Source: an uncultured Acidimicrobiales bacterium (GTDB lineage: Bacteria > Actinomycetota > Acidimicrobiia > Acidimicrobiales > CAWCAL01). Taken from it: a stretch of DNA of 64,000 nucleotides. A program made the translations under genes and the position numbers. Under the pieces are notes generated by a model, which searched no databases, was not told the DNA's origin, and worked only from the letters and a program-made list of their open reading frames with translations. The DNA is taken from positions 6,614 to 70,613 of the forward strand of contig CAWCAL010000013.1 of assembly GCA_963793475.1 (NCBI GenBank). The letters run 5' to 3'. Below are positions 10,204 through 27,047 of the stretch, one piece after another. Position 1 is the stretch's first letter. Each line of letters starts with the position of its first letter.

Positions 10204-12310
10204 GTTGCGACCTCCACGGGCTCGGGCGGTGGCGACGCGGGGTCGGGAGTGGGCCGGGGTTCCGAGGTGTCGTCGCCGGCCACCAGGCTGGGCACGTCGA
10301 TCCGGCGGGCCGCGGCCACCCACCGCAACCACCCGTCACGGGCTCGGAACAGCAGACCGCCGAGTCCGCCGGGACTGATCAGGAGGAGAGCGAGCACGCC
10401 CAGACCACTGACGAGCAGGCGCCAGTTGCCCGAGAGGAAAGAGTGCGCCCGCTCGGAGGAAGACCGCTCCCAGCACCGCTCCCGTCAGGGAACCGAGTCC
10501 GCCGATCACGGCGGCGATGAAGACGTTGATGCTCTCGAACGAGGCGTAGGGCCCCGTCTCACCCAGGTCCAGTCCGTGCTGGTGGTGGACGAACAGGCCG
10601 CCGGCCATGGCCGCCATCGACCCTGAGATGGCGAAGGCGAGCAGCTTCGAGCGGACGGCCGAGACGCCGTACGCCAGCGTGGCCGGCTCGTTCTCCCGCA
10701 GTGCGACGATGACGCGGCCCGTCCGACTCGTGCGCAGGCCACGGACGACCCACGCCGTGAACAGGAAGAGCGCCAGGCTCACGTAGTAGACGCTGGTCGG
10801 CGTCTCCCAGTCGATCACGCCCAGGATGGGGAGCCGGTCCACCCGACCCCGGGGGACCCAGCTCGAAGTAGTCCGGGTTCACGAAGTAGGACGAGACGGC
10901 GACGCCGAACCCCAACGTGACCACCGCCAGCTGGAGCCCTCGGAGGCGGAGAGCCGGGAGGCCGACCAGGACCGCGACGAGCCCGCCCACCAGTCCGCAC
11001 GCCAACAGCGTGAGCAGGATGTCGACCTGCCAGGTCGTCGTCAGCTTGGCCCCCACGGCGGCGCCCACCAGCACGAAGCCCATCTGCCCCAGGGACATCT
11101 GCCCGGCCCATCCGGTCAGCACGACCAGGGACATCACGATGATGGCGTAGATCACCACCGACGACGCCCGCAGGGAGTTGCTCGTCGACAGGAGGTGCGG
11201 CAGCACCAGCACGGCCAGGGCGACGGCACCCCACCACGCAGCTCGGGTCCACCGCACCTCGGGCAGGTCGATCAACTGACGCGGATAGGGCCGCACCTCG
11301 TCGGTCAGGTTCCAGCTCGAGGCGTCGGACTTCTCGGCTCTGGTCCGCCCCCGACGCAACAGCAGCATGCCCACCAGCAGCACGGCGGCCAGGATCGGGT
11401 CCAGGAGCTGGGTGCTGCTGGTCTCCCAGAAGATCGCCGCCTCCAGGACACCGATCGCCGTTGCGCTCGCAGCGACGGCGGGCAGGTTCGTCATGCGGCC
11501 CAGGACCAGGGCGGCCAACGCCCGCAGCATCGTGCCGACGGTGAGAGCGAAGAAGATCGGGAGTCCGAACACACCCGCCCTCAGGAAGATGCCGACGAAG
11601 GCGAGGACCGCCGCCATCGACCACACGACGGTCTGCACCCCCTTGACCGGGATGCCCAACAGTGCGGCGCGGTCGGCATTGTCCGCACTGGCTCGCATGG
11701 CGACGCCCAACGTCGTGAAGCGGAGCACGGCCGCGACGGCGAGCATGGCGATCGGCGCCACGACGACGGCGATCACGTCGCTCGCGGTGAAGACCAGCGG
11801 GTCCAGTGCGAACGTCAGGTCGAACGGCGGATCGAGCCGGACCGGGCGGGCCTTCTCGTTCCAGAGCAGTGGGAGGGCGACGGCTCCCAGCAGCAACAGC
11901 TGGGAGATCCCGAGGGTGGCGGCCGTGAGGATCAGTCGCGACGCAATGAAGAACCGGCGGACGAACGCCACCTCGACCAGTGCACCGACCGCCGCCGACG
12001 CGATCAGACCGACCGCACCCGCCAGCCAGTAGTTCCATCCGCTGTAGAGCACCAGCAACACGGCGAACGACGCGGGCAGCGCTCCGAGCTCGCCCTGGGC
12101 GAAGTTGATGATCCGGTTGGTCCGGTAGACCAGGGCCAGGCCCACGGCCACCATGGCGCTGAGCAGCCCGAGGATGAGGCCCTGGAGGAGCACACCCCAG
12201 CCCACCGGGTAGACGATCTGCTGCAGCGCGACGAGTGCGATCGCAGGACCGAACGTGCCCAGCATCCGTCGCACCGAGCGCTCCCCCTTGGATGTCGCTG
12301 CAGAGTCCAT
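10200..12310 (-). CDS. Fused LivH-LivM branched-chain amino acid ABC permease; two frame breaks as assembled
   Basis: ORF 10559..12361 has the LivH half (INFAQGELG...) then the LivM half. It continues in ORFs 10336..10842 and 10200..10397 (...SGNWRLLVSGLGVLALLLISPGGLGG...). Frame changes lie near 10852-10862 and 10437-10445. The start is ATG at 12310, or 12265. Confidence 0.8.
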
Positions 12311-12401
12311 AGTGTCGCGAACTCGGCCGCCCTTCCGCGCATCCCACCACCAGCGACCCACCCGGGTCCCGATCAGGAGGAGCTCGATGAGGGGTGGTGG
12401 A

Positions 12402-13028
12402 TCAGCCCGCGGCGAGGTTGCGGGCCAGGAGCTCCCTGGCCTTGGCCAGCCGGGACCGGACGGTCCCCACGGGCACGTCCAGACGGGCGGCGATCTCCTC
12501 GTAGTCCAGCTCGTCGAACTGCCGGAGGGTCATCGTCGTGCGGTACGGCTCGGGCAGCTCGTCGATCGCTCGCTCGATCGATCGGCGGTTGACGATGATC
12601 GAGCTCATGTGGCCGACCGGTTGCGCCTCGTCGGAGAGCTCGGCGGTCGGCTTCTTGCGCCGCAGCAGCATCAACGCCTCGTTGCGAGCGACCGTGTAGA
12701 GCCAGGTACGGAACGCGGAGCGGCCCTCGTACCGATCGACTCGGCGCTCGACCGCGCTGAGGGCGGCTGCCATCGCATCATCGGCATCCGCGCCCGGTCC
12801 GAACACCGTTGCGACACCGGGCCGGGCCAGGCCGAATTGGTGGATCAACGTCAGCAACGCCTCGCTGGCCAGCTCCGAGCCGGCTGCGGCCTCACGGGCC
12901 AATCGGTCCACCTCGCGGTTGAACGCCACCGTGTCACCGTCGGACCACAATCGCCCCGCCTCGCGCACCACCCGACGGAGGTCTCCCCGATCGCCGATGG
13001 GCGATCCCGTCGATCCGCTCGTCTCCAT
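12402..13028 (-). CDS. ECF-type RNA polymerase sigma-70 family factor
   Basis: ORF 12402..13100, with ATG at 13028 (METSGS...). Region 2 is SAFRTWLYTVARNEALMLLRR. Region 4 is LPEPYRTTMTLRQFDELDYEEIAARLDVPVGTVRSRLAKAR. No anti-sigma gene lies downstream. Confidence 0.85.
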   Translation of the reverse strand: METSGSTGSPIGDRGDLRRVVREAGRLWSDGDTVAFNREVDRLAREAAAGSELASEALLTLIHQFGLARPGVATVFGPGADADDAMAAALSAVERRVDRYEGRSAFRTWLYTVARNEALMLLRRKKPTAELSDEAQPVGHMSSIIVNRRSIERAIDELPEPYRTTMTLRQFDELDYEEIAARLDVPVGTVRSRLAKARELLARNLAAG

Positions 13029-13127
13029 TCGTCCGGGACCGTACTGCGGCCTCGGGACATGCTCCACCGAACCAACTACCATGCGGGCGATCCGGAGCAT
13101 GTGTCCGCCAGAGAGAGGTCAGTGAAG

Positions 13128-13715
13128 ATGAACCTGCAACGTGGCACCCGATTGCTCGGCGTGGCCCTCCCGCTGCTCGCCCTCCTGCTCGTGCTCACCG
13201 GGTGCGGGGACGACGACGATGACGACACCACCTCGGACGACACCACCTCGGAGGACACCGCTGCCGACACGGCCGAGACCGCCGCAGCCGACACCGGTGC
13301 GGACACGGCCGAGACCGACACCGCCGACGAAGCCGCCGGCAACGCCTGCCCGCCCGAGGGCTGCGAGATCACGTTCGTCGGCGTGGCCGCCGACGCTGAC
13401 GCCGGCGAGCTGGTCGTGACCTTCGACGCCAACTTCTCGCCCGACATCGCCGGCAACCACTTCCACGTGTACTGGGACACCTTCGAGGCCGACCAGGTCA
13501 GCAGCGACGCCGCCGAGCGCGGCGTGACCCAGGGCGACTGGCATCCCACCGACGAGTACCCGGACTACACCACCACCGAGGCCATGTCGGTCAGCGAGCG
13601 CGGCGATTCCGAAACCATCTGCGTGACCACCGGTGACCGTGACCACGCGGTGGTCGACGCCACGGCCGTGGCCTGCGAGGACGTGAGCGCCCAGCTCGGC
13701 GAGCTGGGTTCCTGA
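13128..13715 (+). CDS. Putative lipoprotein with acidic Thr/Asp linker and Cys-containing C-terminal domain
   Basis: ATG at 13128 follows gagagagg. The signal peptide and lipobox are LLALLLVLTGC. A D/T/A-rich linker is followed by a ~130-aa domain with two Cys pairs. No family was recognised. Confidence 0.6.
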   Translation: MNLQRGTRLLGVALPLLALLLVLTGCGDDDDDDTTSDDTTSEDTAADTAETAAADTGADTAETDTADEAAGNACPPEGCEITFVGVAADADAGELVVTFDANFSPDIAGNHFHVYWDTFEADQVSSDAAERGVTQGDWHPTDEYPDYTTTEAMSVSERGDSETICVTTGDRDHAVVDATAVACEDVSAQLGELGS

Positions 13716-16700
13716 CCACTCCGGAGTACATCGGGCGGTACCGGATCGACGGCCTGATCGGGCTCGGCGCGTTCGCCGAGGTCTTCGAGGCCATCGACGA
13801 GGATCTCGAGGCGCGGGTCGCCATCAAGATCCTGCTCGGTCAGTTCGTCGACAGCGACGACCTGACCGAGCGGTTCACCCGTGAGGGGCGGTTGCTGCGG
13901 CGGGTCGACAGCCCGCATGTGGTCGCCGTCCATGACATGGGGGCCCTCGACGACGGGCGGCCCTACCTGGTACTCGACCTGGCCGACCGGGGAACCCTCC
14001 AGGACCGGCTGGTCACGATGGACCCTTCGTGTGCGGGCCCGGAGAGCGTGCATGCTCTCATCGACGCCCTCGCCGCGGGTCTCGACGCCATGCACAGCCA
14101 GGATGTCGCCCACCGCGACGTCAAGCCGGCCAACCTCCTCATCAGGAGCCACACCCGGGGCCGGCGGCGCTCTGCTCCGCTCGATTCCGCCGCCGGTGAC
14201 GGCTACCCGCTGGTGGGCGACGACGAGATCCTGCAGCTCGGTGACCTGGGCCTGGCCAAGGACCTGGACCTGAACGATCTGCCCTCCATGCTGGGCGGTA
14301 CGCCGGGCTACCAGGCGCCCGAGCAGCGCATCGCCGGCGCCAGCATCGGCCCCGCCGTCGACGTCTACGCCGCCACCGTCATCCTCTGGCGGGTCCTGAC
14401 CTGGTCCCCCATGCCCGATGCCGAGGACCCGCACCGGTTCGACTCGGTCGATCTGGGCTGGGCCCGGTTCTTCGCCAAGGGCGTCGCGGCCGAACCCGGA
14501 GACCGCTTCCAGTCGATGACCGAGTGGCGGACCGCCGCCCTCCAGATGCTCGAGCAGGAGCCGTCCGAGCTGTCGATCACCGGGTTCACCGAGATCGATC
14601 CGTTGGCCACGCTCGAGTGCCCGTACAAGGGCCTCGCGCCGTTCCAGGTCGGCGACGAGCACCAGTTCGTCGGGCGCGAGGACCTCATCGACGATCTCTA
14701 CGGTCGCAGCGGCCCGGGCCAGGTCCTGGTGGTCGGCGGGCCGTCGGGCAGCGGCAAGTCCTCGCTCCTGCGAGCCGGACTGATCCCGACCGTCCAGGAC
14801 CGGATGAAGAGCCGGGCCGCCGGCGGCCGCGTCGTGCTGATGGTGCCGGGCCGTGAACCCGTGGCCGAGCTGGCCTATCGCCTCTCCTCCGGCGAGACCA
14901 TCCTCAGCGCCGAGGCTCTTCGCGACGAGCCCCGCCACGCTCGCCGGGCGGTGAGCGGCGACGGCTCCGTCCTGCTGGTCATCGACCAGTTCGAGGAGCT
15001 CTTCACCCTCTGCCCCGACGAGGACGAACGGGTCGCCTTCCTCTCCGTTCTCGAGACGCTCACCGACACCATCGATACCGCCACCGGCATCGCCATCGGC
15101 ATCCGTTCGGACTTCTACTCCACCTGCGCCCGGTACCAGTGGCTGGCCGATCGCATCAACGACAACCAGGTGCTGGTCGGTCCGATGAGCAGCGAGGATC
15201 TGCGCCGGTCCATCGTCGAGCCGGCCCAGCGCGCCGGCGTGCAGGTCGAGACCGCCCTCGTCGACCGGGTCCTCGCCGACGGCGGCACCGACGTCGGGTC
15301 GCTCCCCCTGGTGTCGCACGCGCTGTTCGAGACCTGGTCCCGCCGCTCCGGCAACCGCATGCTGCTCGAGGACTACGAGGCAGTGGGCGGCGTTGCCGGG
15401 GCCATCGCCAAGACCGCCGACGACGTGCTCGACCAACGGCTGACCGACGACGAGCGCGCCGCCGCCCGCCGGCTCCTGCTCCGCCTGGTCACCCCGGGTG
15501 AGGGAACCAGCGACAGCCGCCGGCGCATCGAGCACGAGGAGTTGGGCCAGGACCCCGAGCCCGAGACGATGCGACGTGTGGCCGGCGAGCTGACCGCCGC
15601 CCGTCTCCTCACCGCCGACGACCAGTCCATCGAGATCGCCCATGAAGCGCTCATACGTTCCTGGCCGCGCATGCAGGGATGGCTGGCCGAGGAGCGGGAC
15701 AACATCCGCAGGCGTGAGCGCATCAGCCGGGCCGCCGACGAGTGGCTCGAAGCCGACCGCAACCCCGATCTGCTCATCCGCGGTACCCGCCTGGCCACCA
15801 CGGTCGAGTGGGTCGAGGCCCACCCCGGTCAGCTCAACCGTCTCGAGTCGAGCTTCGTCGAGGCGGCCGAGGAGGCGCGACAGCGCGCCGTCGACGCCGA
15901 ACGCGAGCGTGCCGATCGACTCCGGAAGCTCCGGCGGCGTGGCGCTGCGGCCCTCGGCGTCCTGGCGGCAGCGGCCATGATCGCCTCGGTCGTGGCGTGG
16001 AGCGCCCTCGGCGACGCACAGGACTCCGAGGCCGAAGCCCAGGACTCCTTCGCCGCCGCCCTCGGCTCACGGGCCGACGCACTCGCTCCCGAGGACCCGT
16101 ACCTGGCGCTACGGGTTGCGGCCGAGAGCATCGCCCGATCCAACGACCCCGAACCCGACGCCGACCAGGCGCTCATCCGGGCCCGTCAGGTGCTGGCCGA
16201 GGGTCGGGTCTTCCCGGTCGGCGAACCCATCGAGGTCGGCGACGCTCTCAGCGTTGCGGTGACCTCTGACGGGGCGACGTTCGCCATCGGCGGTCGCGAC
16301 GGATGGGTCCAGCTCTGGGACGTCGCCAGCCGCCAGCCTCAATCCGACCGACGGACCGGACACAACGACGGCGTCAACAAGGTGGTGTTCGGTCCGTTCG
16401 ACGATCGGCTGTACTCGGTCGGCGGGGAGTCCGGCTCGGCTCGGTTGGTCGAGTGGCCGGTCACTGCGGAGGGACTGGGTGACCCCGTCACCGTCGCCGA
16501 GCTCGGCGACGTGATCTGGTCGGTGGCCGTGACCTCCGACGGGACGATCGCCGCCACCGCATCCGAGGACGGCACCGTCCGACTGTGGGACCTGACCCGG
16601 GGCGAGGAGTTGGGGAACCACTCGCGGAGCGGACCGGAGACTTCACGGGCGTGGGCATCACCCCCGACGACCGCATCGTCGTCGCCGGAAACGGGGACGG

Positions 16701-18115
16701 CGAGGTGACGGGGTGGGACCTGGAATCGCGCGAGGAGGTGTTCGGCCCCATCGTCGGTCAGTCGATGGACGGAGTCGGAGCCGACGTGTGGGACATCGTC
16801 TTCTCCGACGACGGGATGATGGCCGTTGCCGGCTCGGGGTTCGTCATCGACACGGTCGACCTCGAAGCCCTGCTCGAGGGCACGGAGACGGGGTTCGCCC
16901 AACCCTTCGACCCCGCCACACCGATGCGCAGCGTTGCGTTCGACTCCGCCGACGGGCTCCTGATCGGCGGGTCCCGGGGGCGAGGTCGGGTCGTGCCGAT
17001 CGACCTCACCACCGGCGAACCGCTCGAGCCCACGGTCGCCAACCATCGCGACGACATCCTCGACGTCGCGGTCGGCGGCGACACGTTGGTGACACTGTCC
17101 GACGACCAGACGGCCCGCACCTGGTCGCTGGGACCCGTCCCTGCCGGCGTCGAGACCAGGACCGATCTCGGTGTCGTGACCGCTGCCGCCACCCGCGCTG
17201 ACGCCGGCGTCGCGCTGGGCACGGAAGACGGTCGCGTCCTGCTCACCTTCCCACCGGACGACGCCCTCGAGATCAACACCGGGCCGGAACCGGTCCGGTC
17301 AGTGGCCTTCGTCGGCGACGCCGGTCGAACGGTCATGACCGGCTCGGATGCGGGTGCGGTGAGCTTCTGGGACGTCGCCGGCACCCAGCGAGCGCGCGGT
17401 CGCGGCCCACGACGGACCCGTCTGGGCTGCAGCGGCCAGTGGCGATGGCAGCGTCGGAGTCACCGCCGGCGACGACCGTCAGCTGGTGATCTGGAATCCG
17501 GCCGACCTGACGCCGGCCACCACGGTCCAGCTCCCCGCCACCCCGCGCGCGCTGGCGATCAGTCCCGACGGCGAGGAGATCGCCGTGGCGCACGGCGACG
17601 GCGTCGTACGCTTCTTCGCCACCTCCGATGGCGATCCGTCGCGACCCGACCTCCCGGCCGACGACGACGCACTGCTGGCGGTGGCCTACCACCCCGACGG
17701 GAGAGTGCTCGCCACCGGCGCGGCCGAGGAGAGGATCCGCGAGTGGGAGCTCGACACCGGCGAACCCCGATCGTGTGCGCTCGGGGCCCACGCCGGCGGT
17801 GCCACCTCGCTGGCCTACGCCGACGGGGGACGGCTGTTGCTGGTCGGGGACGGTCAAGGCCAGATCCACGTGTGGAACACCGGATCGACCGTGCAGGTCG
17901 GCGTCCTCAACACCCCCACCACGATGGCGAGGGGTGAACCGGTCTTCCTGCTCATCCCCTCCGACGCACAGCGGGTGTTCGCCGCCGCGTCGTCCGAGGG
18001 CTGGCAGCGCGAATGGGACGTGCTCGATGTGGGGAAGGCATGCGAGCTCTCCGAGACCCGATTCGACCCGACGTCGGTGGGCACGGAATCGGATCCCGTG
18101 GCTTGTTCCGGCTGA
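13712..18115 (+). CDS. Ser/Thr protein kinase - STAND (NACHT/nSTAND-like) P-loop NTPase - WD40 repeat protein; two frame breaks and unclear start as assembled
   Basis: The kinase domain shows IGRYRIDGLIGLGAFAEVFEA...VAIK...HRDVKPANLL...DLGLAK...GTPGYQAPE. The NTPase module is CPYKGLAPFQVGDEHQFVGRE...VVGGPSGSGKSSLLRAGL, with the P-loop near 14737-14760. WD40-like repeats (TVRLWD, QIHVWN etc.) run through ORFs 13892..16708, 16585..17937 and 17486..18115. Frame changes lie at the G-run 16612-16615 and near 17398-17410. Confidence 0.8.
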
Positions 18116-18139
18116 GCACCCGACCGATAGGGTCCGACC

Positions 18140-19150
18140 ATGCGCGTCGACGGGGGTGCCGACCCCAACCTCAAGCGGACCGTGGCCGGCGCGGTCGGCG
18201 CCGAACAGGCGGGCTACAGCGGTCTGTGGACCGCCGAGACCAACCACGACCCCTTTCTGCCCCTGACCCTGGCGGCCGAGCACACCGAGCAGATCGAGCT
18301 GGGCACCGCGATCGCCGTGGCCTTCTCGCGCAACCCCATGACCCTCGCCCAGACCGCGCACGACCTGCAGCGCTACTCCCAGGGCCGGTTCGTCCTGGGG
18401 CTCGGAAGCCAGATCAAGCCGCACATCACCCGTCGCTTCTCGATGGAATGGTCCAAACCCGCGGCGCGCATGCGGGAGATGATCGCAGCCATCCGCGCCA
18501 TCTGGGCCTGCTGGGACGAGGGTGAGAAGCTCGACTTCCGCGGCGACTTCTACCAGCACACGCTCATGACCCCCTTCTTCGACCCGGGCCCCAACCCGCA
18601 CGGCCCGGCCAAGATCTTCCTCGCCGGCGTCGGCCAGCTCATGACCGAGGTGGCCGGCGAGCTCTGCGACGGGTTCTTCTGCCACGCCTTCACCACCGAG
18701 CAGTACCTGCGCGAGGTCACGCTCCCCGCGCTCGAACGAGGAGCCGCGAAGGCCGGTCGGACGCTGGACGACATCGAGATCTCGGGTCCGGCGTTCGTCG
18801 CCACCGGCGTCGACGAGGAATCGTTCACCGCCTCGAAGGACGGCGTCCGCCAGCAGATCTCGTTCTACGGATCGACCCCGGCCTACCGCCCCGTGCTCGA
18901 GCAGCACGGTTGGGGTGACCTCCAGGACGAGCTCACCACGCTCTCCAAGCGCGGCGAGTGGGAGCAGATGGGCGCACTGATCGACGACGAGGTCCTCGAG
19001 ACGTTCGCGGTGGTCGCCGAGCCCGGACAGATCGCCGAACGACTCGGTGCCCGCTACGGCGACGTCGTCGACCGAATCTCGTTCTACGCCCCCTACGAAA
19101 CCGACCCCGACACGTGGCTCCCGGTGATCCGGGCGCTGCACGACGCCTGA
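18140..19150 (+). CDS. LLM-class (luciferase-like) F420-dependent oxidoreductase
   Basis: ORF 18140..19150. The sequence GYSGLWTAETNHDPFLPL...LGTAIAVAFSRNPM...GLGSQIKPHITRRF is typical of the actinobacterial LLM F420 family. Confidence 0.8.
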   Translation: MRVDGGADPNLKRTVAGAVGAEQAGYSGLWTAETNHDPFLPLTLAAEHTEQIELGTAIAVAFSRNPMTLAQTAHDLQRYSQGRFVLGLGSQIKPHITRRFSMEWSKPAARMREMIAAIRAIWACWDEGEKLDFRGDFYQHTLMTPFFDPGPNPHGPAKIFLAGVGQLMTEVAGELCDGFFCHAFTTEQYLREVTLPALERGAAKAGRTLDDIEISGPAFVATGVDEESFTASKDGVRQQISFYGSTPAYRPVLEQHGWGDLQDELTTLSKRGEWEQMGALIDDEVLETFAVVAEPGQIAERLGARYGDVVDRISFYAPYETDPDTWLPVIRALHDA

Positions 19151-19170
19151 ACCCCGGAGGAAGAACACCT

Positions 19171-21891
<2,721 letters not shown>

Positions 21892-21897
21892 CGTATC

Positions 21898-21919
21898 CCG
21901 CCCGGCCCGGGCCGGGCGG
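21898..21919. terminator. Perfect 22-bp GC palindrome between convergent ppdK and PPOX-family gene (candidate bidirectional terminator)
   Basis: ccgcccggcccgggccgggcgg equals its own reverse complement. It lies 7 nt after the ppdK stop and 4 nt after the minus-strand stop. There is no T-tract. Confidence 0.5.
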
Positions 21920-21922
21920 TGA

Positions 21923-22351
21923 TCAGAGTCGGCGACCGGTGATCTCGTCCGGGGTCACCCGAACCCACAGGGTCCGCCACTCGCCATGGGCCCACGGAAC
22001 GAGGCCCTGCTGCTCGAGCTGCTCGGCCTCGGCCCACTGCGTGACCTCCTCGGCCCGGCCCTTCACCACCACGCTCCATCCCGCTCGATGATCGGGATCC
22101 CAGTCGTCGACCTCGAAGGCCACCCGCTGGCCGATGCTCGCCGCCGAGAGCTTCTGGCCCTCGAGGGTTCGAAAGACGATCGCGCCGTCGACCACGAGGT
22201 AGTTGACCGGCAGGGCCATGGGCTGGCCGCCGTCCTCGATGAAGACGATCCGGCCGATCGGCGTCTCTTCCAGCAGCCGGAGACAGGTCATCCGGTCGAG
22301 GACGTCCAGGCCGACGGCGTCGAGGGCGGACTCGGGTTGCTCATCGACCAT
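21923..22351 (-). CDS. Pyridoxamine 5'-phosphate oxidase family (FMN/F420-binding split-barrel) protein
   Basis: ORF 21923..22351. The pattern CLRLLEETPIGRIVFIEDGGQPMALPVNYLVVDGAIVFRT...GWSVVVKGRAEEV matches the PPOX-like family. Confidence 0.8.
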   Translation of the reverse strand: MVDEQPESALDAVGLDVLDRMTCLRLLEETPIGRIVFIEDGGQPMALPVNYLVVDGAIVFRTLEGQKLSAASIGQRVAFEVDDWDPDHRAGWSVVVKGRAEEVTQWAEAEQLEQQGLVPWAHGEWRTLWVRVTPDEITGRRL

Positions 22352-22454
22352 GCCGACCCCATTTCCCTGGCGGTGAAGGCCCTACGATGCCCTCCATCGT
22401 GGCGCGGTGCCAACGACCGCGGGACACTGTGAGCCGACAAGGAGGAACCGAGGC

Positions 22455-26017
<3,563 letters not shown>

Positions 26018-26018
<1 letters not shown>

Positions 26019-27019
26019 TGGCCACCACCCTCACCACCCGGTACGCAGGGTTGGAGCTGCCCCATCCGCTGGTGGCGTCGTCGTCGCCGCTCACCGGTTC
26101 GATCGACACCCTCCTGCGGTTGGAGGGAGCCGGTGCCGCCGCGGTGGTGTTGCCGTCGGTGTTCGAGGAGCAGATCGAGCACGAGACGATGGCGATCCAT
26201 CATGGGCTCGAGGTGGGCGCCGAGCAGTTCGGCGAGGCCGCCGGTGGCTACCTGCCCGAGGTCGACGACCTCCATCCCTCCCCCGACCACCACCTGGAGC
26301 TGCTCAAACAGGCCAAACGCGAGCTCTCGATCCCGGTGATCGCCAGCCTCAACGGCGACTCGAACGGAGGCTGGATCTACTACGCCAGCGAGCTCCAGGA
26401 CGAGGGCGCCGACGCGTTGGAGCTCAACGTGTACCACGTCGCCGCCGACGTCTTCGCCACCGGTGAGGAGGTCGAGGACACCTACCTGCGGCTGGTCGAG
26501 CACGTGCGGGCCTCGATCTCGATCCCCCTGACGGTCAAGATCGGGCCGTTCTTCAGCTCGACCGGCCACATGGTGCGGTCCCTGGCGGATGCAGGCGCCG
26601 ACGGGCTGGTGCTGTTCAACCGCTTCTACCAGCCCGACATCGATCTGGACGACCTGACGGTCAGCCCCAACCTCATCCTGAGCACCTCCGACGAGATGCG
26701 CCTCGTGCTCCGCTGGATGGCCATCCTCCGCGGCCGCGTCCATGCGTCGCTGGCGGCCAGCACCGGGGTCCACACCGGCCCCGATGCGACCAAGCTCATC
26801 CTGGCCGGCGCCGACGTCGTGATGATGACCTCGGCCCTGCTCCAGCACGGCCCGGACCACGTGGCCACGGTGCTGGCCGATCTGCGGGCGTGGTTCGACG
26901 AGCGGTCGTACGAGTCGCTCGACCAGGCCCGCGGCAGCCTCAGCCAGGAGTCATCCCCGGATCCCGACGCGTTCGAGCGGGCCAACTACATGAAGACCCT
27001 GCGCAGCTACTCGGCCTGA
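26018..27019 (+). CDS. Dihydroorotate dehydrogenase-like (class-1 DHOD/DPD TIM-barrel) protein
   Basis: ATG at 26018 overlaps the PFOR stop (TGATG). MATTLTTRYAGLELPHPLVASSSPLTGS...LELNVYHV...PLTVKIGPFFSS...GADGLVLFNRF resembles the DHOD-like family. Confidence 0.8.
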
Positions 27020-27047
27020 GTTCGGCTCAGCCCAGCTCAGCTGGTTT

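Noticed and set aside
12402-13028. Direct analogy of the ECF sigma factor to phosphorylation-dependent ECF43 (EcfP-type) sigma factors.
   Set aside because: Those sigma factors are described as lacking the acidic patch in region 2.2. This one retains an acidic stretch (GADADDAMAAAL) at the corresponding place. So only genomic proximity to a kinase is claimed, not the specific mechanism.
13565-15823. Very long ORFs antisense to, or out of frame with, conserved genes. Examples: 13565..15823 (752 aa), 48564..51269 (901 aa), 17333..19168, 37352..39250, 43910..45712, 52046..53716, 57275..59020, 27066..28676 and 30011..31408.
   Set aside because: These are typical shadow ORFs of very GC-rich DNA. 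Their translations are R/G/P/A/D-rich low-complexity strings with no recognisable motifs. Each overlaps a gene with unmistakable conserved motifs on the other strand or in another frame.
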